A stretch of DNA of 62,869 bases, counting the filler, from Aduncisulcus paluster (lineage: Eukaryota), in assembly GCA_024181965.1 (NCBI GenBank). It is 6 parts of 6 records of this genome, joined end to end, with 100 filler letters (N's around TTAATTAATTAA, not from the genome) between each part and the next. Parts side by side here need not be neighbours in the genome. Positions count along the whole stretch, not along the records: positions 45,491 to 56,111 come from BQXS01010874.1; positions 56,212 to 62,869 come from BQXS01010876.1; 4 more parts are not named here. One strand, 5' to 3'. Below the pieces are notes generated by a model. It worked only from the letters and a program-made list of their open reading frames with translations, searched no databases and was not told the origin of the DNA. Shown in pieces: positions 47,761-57,038 of this stretch. The translations under genes were made by a program, and so were the position numbers. How positions within the stretch are numbered: position 1 is the stretch's first letter; the number at the start of each line of letters is the position of its first letter.

Positions 47761-47837
47761 ATAGGCGTAGTTCAGTTGGTAGAGCGTCGGTCTTACGAAC
47801 CCGATGGTCGGGGGTTCAAGTCCCTCCGCCTATGCCA
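47761..47837 (+). tRNA. Atypical tRNA, nominal anticodon UAC (Val), with irregular anticodon arm and encoded CCA
   Basis: Acceptor stem ATAGGCG/CGCCTAT, D stem GTTC/GAGC, anticodon arm TCGGT-CTTACGA-ACCCGA (extra C), T arm GGGGG-TTCAAGT-CCCTC, then G73, CCA and a T6 Pol III terminator. Confidence 0.8.
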
Positions 47838-48960
47838 TTTTTTCTTGATTTTTGTGATATTTTTTCTTCAATTCTCAAAAAAAAAAAAATATATCACAAA
47901 AATCAACATAGATCAATTTCTTTTGGCGATCAATCATTTACAAATCAAAAAAATAAAAGGATTTCAGAATTGGACCAGCCACGAACATAGAAAAGAATAG
48001 AGAAACTCGATTTCATGAATAATAGAATATATCAACATTCAACATAACTTAACATCAAATATACAAGTTTCATTCATCAACCCATAAAATTATCAAACAT
48101 ATTTCCCGTTGATCAGACAAAGTAATTATTTTGTTCGGGCCCTATTCTGGATATTTTTAGAACTGAGAATTATGAAGGAAGGAGAATGGTTTATCAATAG
48201 TTAGCTTCCCAAAATATTTTCCTTTTTCTTATATTTTCGGGAATTAAAATTTCAGTTACTATTTTGAATCCTCTAGAACTTGCCTGTCTCACGGTCTAAC
48301 TTAGACCATACTTGAAGTATCTCCCTTTCTTCTTCGAAACTTTTCATACGCCTTTCAAATAAATAATTTGAAATTAAATGAAAAATCTATGAATAACTTA
48401 TTCATGAATCGAATTCATGATTTCTCTGGTCTCGCTCATAAAGAGTTTTAATAGCTTCAGTTTTTTTATTGTAAATTGGATGTATAATTTGTTTGTTATT
48501 TATTTTGTATCTATTCTTTCACAATGAGTCGTTTTTCTGATTATGGAATTTTCAGCGAGCGTCACCTATCTGTTTTATGTGAGAATTAAATATTGATAAT
48601 TCTTGTTAAATAATACTTATGTATTAGCCACCCAAAATAATTCGTAGTGATGCATTGGAAAGAAGGAAAAAAATGGTTGTGGATAATTGAAAAGGTACGG
48701 TGACTTTTTGTGATATAGATCTGAAAATCAACAAAACGCGATGCCAGGTGTTGTTGGCAACATATATTGGTGTTCTACAGAATTTATTTATATGTGAAGA
48801 TCCAGTATTTAAAAAAGAATCAAAAAAGAATGTATATATATTCAATATCTCATCGAAACAATCGAATTGAATGTGAATAAATTTGAAAAAATAAAAGAAA
48901 TGATGGTATTGACCATTGATTGTAAATCGGATCTTTAGATGTGAGTGTCACATGTCAAAA

Positions 48961-49595
48961 TCATTTCTTATCTGAAGTAATCCGATCACCAAGCCATTCT
49001 AATCCTTCATGGAGACCCAAACCATCCACAGCACATGTGCGGACGCATTGAATATCTCTATCTTTAAATGTGTGCACTTGGAGAATCCTCATGACATCCT
49101 CATAAGGCAAAGCGTGAGAAAGATCGGCTTTGTTGGCAAAAATGAGGAAAGGAACACCTTCTAGTTCGCTTTCTTTGGCCAATGAACTTAGTTCTTCGGC
49201 AGCTTCGGGAAGTCTTGGTTCGTCTGCAGAATCAACGACAAATATCAATCCTTCAATACCTTCGAAATAATGTCTCCATAAAGGACGGATTTGATCCTGA
49301 CCCCCAACGTCCCAAATGTTAAATTCAATATTTTTATAATTAACAGTTTCAAGATTGAAACCTATGGTAGGGTGGCACTTAACAAATTTTTCAAGCTTTA
49401 AATGACATAAAATTGCTAAAGACAAATGGATAAAATCAATTTACATAAAAAATGAATAAAAATACTAAAACTAAAAAGAAAAAAACCTTAAAGAGTCCAC
49501 TCTGACATACTACTTTTTCCAGCTGCATCTAAGCCAACCATTAAAATCTGAGTTTTCTTTTTCCTGCGGAATAATTTAGAAAAAAAACTTCCCAT
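48961..49595 (-). CDS. ARF: ADP-ribosylation factor family GTPase (2 exons: 49595-49511, 49415-48961)
   Basis: MGSFFSKLF (myristoylation Gly), GLDAAGKST (spliced), PTIGFN, WDVGGQ, ANKAD and TCA motifs. Confidence 0.95.
49416..49510 (-). other. Spliceosomal intron (95 nt, phase 1)
   Basis: GTATGT donor and TCCATTTGTCTTTAG acceptor; removal restores the P-loop GKST-IL. Confidence 0.93.
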
Positions 49596-49974
49596 AATAT
49601 ATTTATGATCCTTTGAAATGTGATTACTCAAAAAAAAGCCTTGGTTTTTACAAATTTTCGAATCTCAGAGATCTATAGAGCTCTCCTCAAATTTCCCATT
49701 ATTTTATCGATTTATATAACATATTTAAAATTTTTTGTTGGATAATTTTTTTGAATAAGGTCGTATTCACTATGTTTTTGAAAATCATGAAAATCAATTT
49801 GTCACAAAAGAAGTATAAAACATTTTATATATTAATAGTGATTTTATTTTGTAATATTGGTTTAGCTTCTCATATAATTGATTATTCTAGGGATTAAATA
49901 TGAATTGCTATTTGTGACGTGGAAGAAATACATTCTGATATTATTTTATTTAGAATTTAAACATTGATGTATAT

Positions 49975-52467
49975 ATGATTGAACACACTGTGTTAATAAT
50001 TGACTCTTCTGAATCTGTCGAAGAACAGAATTATGTTTCTCCATCAAGAGCTACTGTGCTTCGTAGATCACTATGCAGTTTTGTAAGGAAATATTTCACA
50101 TATTCGCCCATATCATCACTTAGTATTGTGCGATGTACCAATGGAAAAGCCTTTGTTATGTCACATTTATCTTCAAATATTAAGGAGCAACAACGTGCTG
50201 TAAAACGTGCAATTAAGGGTTTTAAAGGATCATTTTCGCTTGTAAATGGTCTATTAGCCGCACTTTCAGTTTTAAATCATTCTCCTATATATGCTAAACG
50301 TCGTGTTATAGTTGTCCCAACTTCATTATCCACTATTGACCCAGCCTCGACGACACAAACACAATTCACTCAGTTTCATAAAGAAAAGAAAGGGTCAGAT
50401 GACGGCCGAAGTTCTTCATCTATCCCTCCTTCAATTCTTCCTTCTTTGGGTTCATCGTCAGGGATGCCAACTTCCATGCATTCAGATACATCCCATCATT
50501 CTCATCCCTCGGGACATCGTTCTTTATCGTCCACGGCAGCGACTTTGAATGCTCATCATTCAAGAGATATGACAAGTCCAATATCCAAGCCTCTCTCGTC
50601 TGCTGATGTGATCACTTCCTCCTCTTCTTCGTCTGATCAACCAATGGAGCAGTCGTGTCCATCTCTCTTCGATGTGATCCATCTTGCATCCCTTGCCCAC
50701 ACAACGATCGATATCGTTGGGTTTGGAGCCCATGTACACACCTATCGTCAGTGTACAGAGCAATGTAATGGAATATACAGGGTTGTTGGTCCTGGGTATG
50801 CCATTGAAGATGTGCTTGAAGGCCTTGTGTCTGTGAAGGAAGAAGAGGAAGAAGGGATTATTGAAGAGAAGGCAGAATATGCCAAGGATAGTGGGAAAGA
50901 AATACATCATAGGGATAGCAATTCGGCATACTTATCTTCTTCATCTCGTCTTCCTGATGGTGTTATTGTCAAGACAGAGGATTCAGCATTGTCAAAGGAT
51001 ATAACCCGTGAGTCAGATGGGACACAGCGAGCTTCATACTATCTTCCTGCTGCCGACACTCTGCCTCATCTCATTCCAATTGGTTTTCCGCCCCAAACTA
51101 TATCGGCCCACCCTGCTCTGTGTGCTTGTCACTCAAAGCTTGTCTTCTCTCAATACAAATGCCCTCGGTGCGATGCGTGTCTGTGCTCAGTGCCTTGTGT
51201 GTGCACTGTTTGTGGGCTTCTTCTGTCGACTTTCCCGCATATAGCTCGAGTTATGGGAAGAGAAGATGAGGAGAGAAGACGTACGAGGAAAGAGAAAGAG
51301 AGAAGGATAGTTATGGAAACGTGTCCAGTCGGAAAAAGCAGAACTTCCTCTAAAAAAGAAGAGGAAGAGGAAGAGGATAGTGATATTGGACGGAAAGAAA
51401 AAAGGAAAGAGGAGGAAGAAGAAGAAGATAAAGGAATTCTTGAAAAAGAAACTATTTTCTCTAGTGCGTTGTGGATTAAAATAGGCCAAGAAAGTCCATC
51501 TGATTGGAGCAGGTGGTCATTGCGTGCAAAGAAAAAAGAAGATGAGACAAGAATGGATCTTTCCAGGTTTGAAGGATCAACACCAACAATCAAACAAGAA
51601 CATTCAAAGATATCTATTGAAACATCCAGAAATAATGATCGAATCTCGTTAACATCCAATCCTTATGTTTCTCAGTTTAAACTCACTGAATCCACCACTT
51701 TCCCCATTCTTTCCTCTGATTCTATGGATAATGATGCTCTGAGATGTTGTTTGTGTCTTCGTGGGGCCTGTAGATTATCCCATATCAATCATTCCTCTTC
51801 CTCTTCCTCTTCCTCTTCCTCTTCCTCTTCCTCTTCTTTGGATCATGATGGAGAAGAAAGGGATGAGAATGGGTATAGATGCATCGAGTGTGGATCTGTG
51901 TTGTGCTCCATGTGTGTGGATGTGCTTAATGTGTCATATTTGGCATGCCCTGGATGTAAAAACATTGTGATGGAGTCGTGTGAAGCACTTGGGAATGCTG
52001 AGTGTTTGGGGGATGAGGAGGAAAGGGAACAACTTCGGATGAGAATTAGGGAGAAAGAGAAAGAGAGGAAGCGGGAAGAAGAGGAGAGGGAGAGAGAGAT
52101 TATTGAGAGGATGAAAAGAAGAGAGAGAGAAGAAAATGAAGAAAGACAAAAATCGTTAGTTCAGAGAGAGAAAGAGAGAGAGAAGGAAAGAAGAGAGAAA
52201 GAAGAGGCTAAGAGACTTCAAAAGAAACAGAAAAAGGTAAAGATTGAAAAGAAATCAAAGTATAAAAAGAAAGAGCCAACTGAAGAGCAGAAAAGGAAAG
52301 AGAGAGAGCAACGGGAAAGAGAGAAAGAAAGACAAAGAATCAGAATGTTATATAAAGACGAAAAATTTGACATTGAGGCCAATCTCAATGAAAAGGACTA
52401 CGAAATTGATATTAGTTTCAATATGGATCCTGCATTTTATGCCGTTGTGCAATCTTTTCTGAAATAG
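49975..52467 (+). CDS. GTF2H2: TFIIH subunit p44/Ssl1 with long low-complexity insertions
   Basis: vWA start (LIIDSSESV, PSR, YFTYSPISSL); IGFP; CACH..YKCPRC..CSVPCVCTVCGLLL..PHIAR; C-terminal RING-like YRCIEC..CSMC..CPGC. Confidence 0.9.
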   Translation: MIEHTVLIIDSSESVEEQNYVSPSRATVLRRSLCSFVRKYFTYSPISSLSIVRCTNGKAFVMSHLSSNIKEQQRAVKRAIKGFKGSFSLVNGLLAALSVLNHSPIYAKRRVIVVPTSLSTIDPASTTQTQFTQFHKEKKGSDDGRSSSSIPPSILPSLGSSSGMPTSMHSDTSHHSHPSGHRSLSSTAATLNAHHSRDMTSPISKPLSSADVITSSSSSSDQPMEQSCPSLFDVIHLASLAHTTIDIVGFGAHVHTYRQCTEQCNGIYRVVGPGYAIEDVLEGLVSVKEEEEEGIIEEKAEYAKDSGKEIHHRDSNSAYLSSSSRLPDGVIVKTEDSALSKDITRESDGTQRASYYLPAADTLPHLIPIGFPPQTISAHPALCACHSKLVFSQYKCPRCDACLCSVPCVCTVCGLLLSTFPHIARVMGREDEERRRTRKEKERRIVMETCPVGKSRTSSKKEEEEEEDSDIGRKEKRKEEEEEEDKGILEKETIFSSALWIKIGQESPSDWSRWSLRAKKKEDETRMDLSRFEGSTPTIKQEHSKISIETSRNNDRISLTSNPYVSQFKLTESTTFPILSSDSMDNDALRCCLCLRGACRLSHINHSSSSSSSSSSSSSSSLDHDGEERDENGYRCIECGSVLCSMCVDVLNVSYLACPGCKNIVMESCEALGNAECLGDEEEREQLRMRIREKEKERKREEEEREREIIERMKRREREENEERQKSLVQREKEREKERREKEEAKRLQKKQKKVKIEKKSKYKKKEPTEEQKRKEREQREREKERQRIRMLYKDEKFDIEANLNEKDYEIDISFNMDPAFYAVVQSFLK
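51793..51837 (+). repeat. (TCCTCT)n coding microsatellite (poly-Ser)
   Basis: About 7 perfect hexamer copies inside the p44 ORF. Confidence 0.9.
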
Positions 52468-52646
52468 GTCATGAGCGTCATAATAAATGTATAAATATAT
52501 TCCTCTTTTATTATTATATGAATTATTTTAATTTCTTTTGATATAGTACAATATTATCCATATGATAATAAATGGTTCCTCTTTTTTATTTTGGGGGGGC
52601 ATCTAAGAATTGATATTGTATTTATCGCCTGAGGTTTACTTTTATT

Positions 52647-53582
52647 ATGGATTCACAGTCGATAACCGCCTTGATATTTTCTATAATCAGCTCTTTAACC
52701 ATACTTTTCTTTATCTACGCCTTTAAGTTCATTCGAAGTTCCTGTTTCAGATTTTTCTTTATATTTATGTATTTATATCTTCTTTCTCCCGGGTATGTAT
52801 GGGCATTTAAGGATAATATTACATCAGTAACCAACTACGGCCATCCTTGGATTTCTTGGGCTATTTGTGGTAGTTGGTTAGCAACAACGACTTCTCTCTC
52901 TATATTCTCATTTTTTATATTGAGAACTTCCATCTTCCCCATTATTGATCCAATGAATCAAAGAAAACGAAATGGGCTTGAACTTAATATTATTTTTTCT
53001 GACGATGATCTGTCACACTGGGCACTGTGGGTTTTCCTTCTTTTATTTATGGTTTTTCCTGGTGCTATTGCTGTTTTTGGGGATTTTGTTGGCACGACAA
53101 CCACTATCTTCCAAAACGGGGCTAAATATCGTGATGGATTGAACGCATCGTTGTTTTCTTCCATCTATTCTGGCATATTCTTATTATATTGCATCTATGA
53201 TATCGCTATGTTCGTTGCACAAGTTAACAAAGGATGTCCGTTATATCCTGAATCACTCGGCTCGTCTTTCAAGATCCCAATATGGATATATATATTATAC
53301 AATCTTCTTTATATCGTTATTTTATTGCTTATAAGTATATTCAGGTATGTTGCGGGCGACGACGTAACCAGTTCTTCTCTGAATATGGAGCACTCTTTAT
53401 TTATTATTTTATCGATTCTACCAATGTTTTTCCCAGTTATCTTCTGTTTTCTTGCTAAATCTATTCATTCTTATAACGCTTTATGTAAGCGAGGAGTTTC
53501 GGAGGAGCTCTTGGCTAATGGAAACAAAACTTCACTTCCTGCTCTCAATGACTCGCCTAAGAAGAAAGTATCGTGGGAATAA
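52647..53582 (+). CDS. Multi-pass (about 7 TM) membrane protein
   Basis: 311 aa with about seven hydrophobic segments and a polar C-terminal tail. Confidence 0.75.
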   Translation: MDSQSITALIFSIISSLTILFFIYAFKFIRSSCFRFFFIFMYLYLLSPGYVWAFKDNITSVTNYGHPWISWAICGSWLATTTSLSIFSFFILRTSIFPIIDPMNQRKRNGLELNIIFSDDDLSHWALWVFLLLFMVFPGAIAVFGDFVGTTTTIFQNGAKYRDGLNASLFSSIYSGIFLLYCIYDIAMFVAQVNKGCPLYPESLGSSFKIPIWIYILYNLLYIVILLLISIFRYVAGDDVTSSSLNMEHSLFIILSILPMFFPVIFCFLAKSIHSYNALCKRGVSEELLANGNKTSLPALNDSPKKKVSWE

Positions 53583-53974
53583 CGCTCATTTTTTTAATAG
53601 AGATAACAATATACCTCTAAATATTAAGCTTTGAGAAGAATTTTATTTATTTTTATATTTCTTTTCATTCTGTTTGACATACATATGCATCAAATCTTCC
53701 TTTTTCATATTATTATTTCTAATTTCTCGGGGGTTAATATATTTAACATTATTTGCAAGTATTTCAATGATATTTGTTGTTTTAATGTCTTGATGATTTC
53801 AAATTTTCAAATTTTATTTTGCGTGATGATTTTTTTTTTTTTTTTCTATAATATTTCTATATAATTACTTACTTTTAATACTACAATCATTGTAGCTACA
53901 CTGGGTCTGTCTTGGAAAGGAAACAAAATATATTGTTACAATATAGAACGGATTGACACACTAAAAATAAATTA

Positions 53975-54120
53975 TATAAAAAGGAACACGAGAAGTAGGA
54001 ATGTCAGCACCTCGAATGAAAATAATGGAGTTGAGCTGAAAATGTCGACTGTTCTTATTACGCCACTTTCCTTTCCCTTCAATCCCACACAATACAACAT
54101 TACACATATCTATAGGAAGA
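53975..54120 (-). pseudogene. Remnant third copy of the beta-sandwich repeat unit
   Basis: Out-of-frame LPIDMCNVVLCGIEGKGKWRNKNSRHF immediately after the stop at 54122. Confidence 0.7.
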
Positions 54121-54121
54121 A

Positions 54122-55556
54122 TTATTTCCATGGAAGTTGAGATAATCGTTCAACTACAATGGTTTCCTCTGGCAGAGTAAATACAAGGGAGGAGATCCAG
54201 AAACTTCTACTATTCATATTACACCACATTCCTTTCCCTTCAATCTCACACAATACAACGTTATCCAAATCAATAGGAAGGAAATGCCATTCAAACCAAT
54301 GTTTCGGTCTTATGAATTCATACTTCTTGCATGTTTTCTTACCATCACAATCAGTAAAAGTGAAGAGAAGAGAGGGTGAACTATCATACTTATCCACACA
54401 GATAAAAGCACCTTTCATAGGACTAGGTGATGGGAAAGGTATAGAAAGATGGGATAAGGATACTTTATCTTCCCCTTTTAACATTTTTTGTGCATTTGAA
54501 CTCTGATCATAATTCAAAGATTCCTTACTCCTCGAATCATCTTTGCACTTAACAATTGAGAATGAAGGATCTACAAGCTTTGGATCATCTCGTGGAATGG
54601 GAATAGAATCTTCATCTTCCCAATCTACTTCCTTAAACTCTGGTTTCACAACTTGAGTTTCAGACCATAGTTTCTCACTGGCTTCACGAGATTTGATTTC
54701 TTCAGGGGTTTCTTCTCTAATGAAAACAAGGGAACGGATTCCAAAATACTCTTCCTCTCTTCCTTTCCCTGTAATCTCACACAGAACAACATCAGGGAGA
54801 TCAACAGGAAGGAAATACCAAGGAAAACCTTTAAATCCAGGAAACTCGTATTTCTTGGATGTTTTATCACCCTTTGAAGATATGAGAGTGAAGATAAGGT
54901 GTGATGGAGGTAAAGAATGAGTAAAACCATAAAGACAGATATAAGCCCCTTTCATTGGGGAAGACGAAGAGAAAGGAATGGAGATATGGGTAAAATTTCC
55001 ATCATTATCCTCTCCTCTCATCATCTTTTGTGCTTCAGAATTCTGATCGTACTCTTCATCTCCTACTTCCTTGGTTCNNNNNNNNNNNNNNNNNNNNTCT
55101 TCCTTTCCCTGTAATCTCACACAGAACAACATCAGGGAGATCAACAGGAAGGAAATACCAAGGAAAACCTTTAAATCCAGGAAACTCGTATTTCTTGGAT
55201 GTTTTATCACCCTTTGAAGATATGAGAGTGAAGATAAGGTGTGATGGAGGTAAAGAATGAGTAAAACCATAAAGACAGATATAAGCCCCTTTCATTGGGG
55301 AAGACGAAGAGAAAGGAATGGAGATATGGGTAAAATTTCCATCATTATCCTCTCCTCTCATCATCTTTTGTGCTTCAGAATTCTGATCGTACTCTTCATC
55401 TCCTACTTCCTTGGTTCCATCTATTGCTTTGATAGTTGGAAATGCTGCGCCCTTAATATTGGGGGAATCTCTAGGAATTGGACAAGAATACCAATCTCCT
55501 TCATGAATAAACTCAGGTTCTACAGTTTGAATAATAGAATCTGTGGATGAACTCAT
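54122..55556 (-). CDS. Lineage-specific protein of two tandem DOC/APC10-like beta-sandwich repeats (~364 aa once the gap duplication is collapsed)
   Basis: Repeat unit PIPRD.P...YDQ.S.AQKM..GED...H.SIPF.S.SPMKGA.IC...KKYEF...W.FLP.DL..VVLCEI.GKG...I.SLVF occurs twice; ATG at 55556. Confidence 0.8.
54758..55417. other. Scaffold gap with duplicated flanks (probable unmerged overlap)
   Basis: 54758-55077 appears identical to 55098-55417 around 20 Ns; collapsing it gives one clean ORF. Confidence 0.88.
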
Positions 55557-56111
55557 TTGAATAGAGATAGAATATCTTATCTAAAAAATAAAAACAAGCA
55601 GAATAATGAATGAATCCGGTTAAAATATTTCTTAATATACATTTAATAAAAGATATGACATATAGTAAACATACGATTTGCTTGTTTGCCAAGAAAAAAT
55701 GGACATCGGTCTCAGCCGCCAACAACTGAACAAGCAACCCTTCAATAGATAAGATTGGAAATTTAAAAAAACATATATAAACGAGTTAAATGCTGGTAAA
55801 CGATAAAAACATGTTTTATTTTCATTTCCATGCCATGGTGTTTATTCTCGATATCTCAGGCTTTTGGAGACCCATCAGGACTGGATATAGTTCCATTTCA
55901 CGTGTTAAGAACATTTATGAACGATTTCAATGCTATTCAATAACATGGATATATTTCCATTTCATTTCTATCCTTATCCTTGCCTTTCTGTTCATTTTCA
56001 CTTGCTTTTGCTTACAATCAAAAATATCAAGAACTCGGAATACGATGTTATACATATGTCTGTATACTACTACGAATCTAATCCCCTGATGCTTCATGGA
56101 ACATGACATTT

Positions 56112-56211
56112 NNNNNNNNNNNNNNNNNNNNNNNNNNNNNNNNNNNNNNNNNNNNTTAATTAATTAANNNNNNNNNNNNNNNNNNNNNNNNNNNNNNNNN
56201 NNNNNNNNNNN
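56112..56211. other. Artificial contig linker
   Basis: N-run/TTAATTAATTAA/N-run. Confidence 0.98.
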
Positions 56212-56387
56212 GTATCAAAAATAGCCCTGAGACGAGGGGAAAACACGGAATAAAGGGATGTCACAGCGGATTGAGATGATGTTCTCCTGATTGTTGTGAG
56301 TAATTGTTCAAGTTCAGAGCATGGGTTTGAATGTCTAGAAACACTAGGATTTGATGATTCAAGTAGTAATGACTTTGACGCTGACAT
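56212..56387 (-). CDS. 5' end of a hypothetical protein, truncated
   Basis: ATG 56387 after AT-rich DNA; open into the linker. Confidence 0.5.
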
Positions 56388-57038
56388 TTAAGTTGTATTT
56401 TAAGGCCAAGAATTCTTTTTAATGTTATTCTTTTTTAATATTTTCGAAGTGTTTAGGCTTTAATCTTAATTTTCATTCAGTGTGAGGGTTCAAAATAAAA
56501 CCATGAAGGAAGGCATATGAGGGAAATATGACAAATGAAATGGAATAAATTCATAAGATGGACACAATTATCGATAAGAACGTGCAAGATTCACGGCATT
56601 ACTTCGTTGAGGAATGTCGAAATTGAAAAACACAATAATACCCACAAAAACATACTATTATAGGCAAATCAAACCAAGTTTACGTATTAATGGGAAAAAC
56701 TATTTGTTTCAAGCTCGGAATGAAATAGAATTTTGGACAAAAGATTTGAAATTTTTGAAAACATCTTTCTGGCCTTAGAGTAACATATTCATTCCATGTT
56801 ACAACTTGAAATGTTAGAATAATATAATTTAACGATATCAAATTTTCATCTTAGATCTTAATGGACACAACAATGACTTTTTCCATTTCTTGTCTGAATA
56901 GACATTATTTATGGAATTTGTTATGTGGAAATTCGCAATAAAATTGAATAAAAACTTTAAGAATGATATTATTGCCCGCTTTAATATTCAATTCGAGTGA
57001 TTGACCTTTTCGACGATCTTTTTGAATGATGAAAGAAA

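Noticed and set aside
54758-55417. 320-bp exact duplication producing duplicate ORFs
   Set aside because: It flanks a 20-N gap; collapsing it restores a single ORF.
15128-56211. Five identical TTAATTAATTAA palindromes within N runs
   Set aside because: Artificial six-frame-stop linkers; gene adjacency across them is meaningless.
56614-56778. 54-codon ORF with a PH-like end (GKNYLFQARNEIEFW)
   Set aside because: Too short, AT-rich, and no supportable splice link to neighbours.
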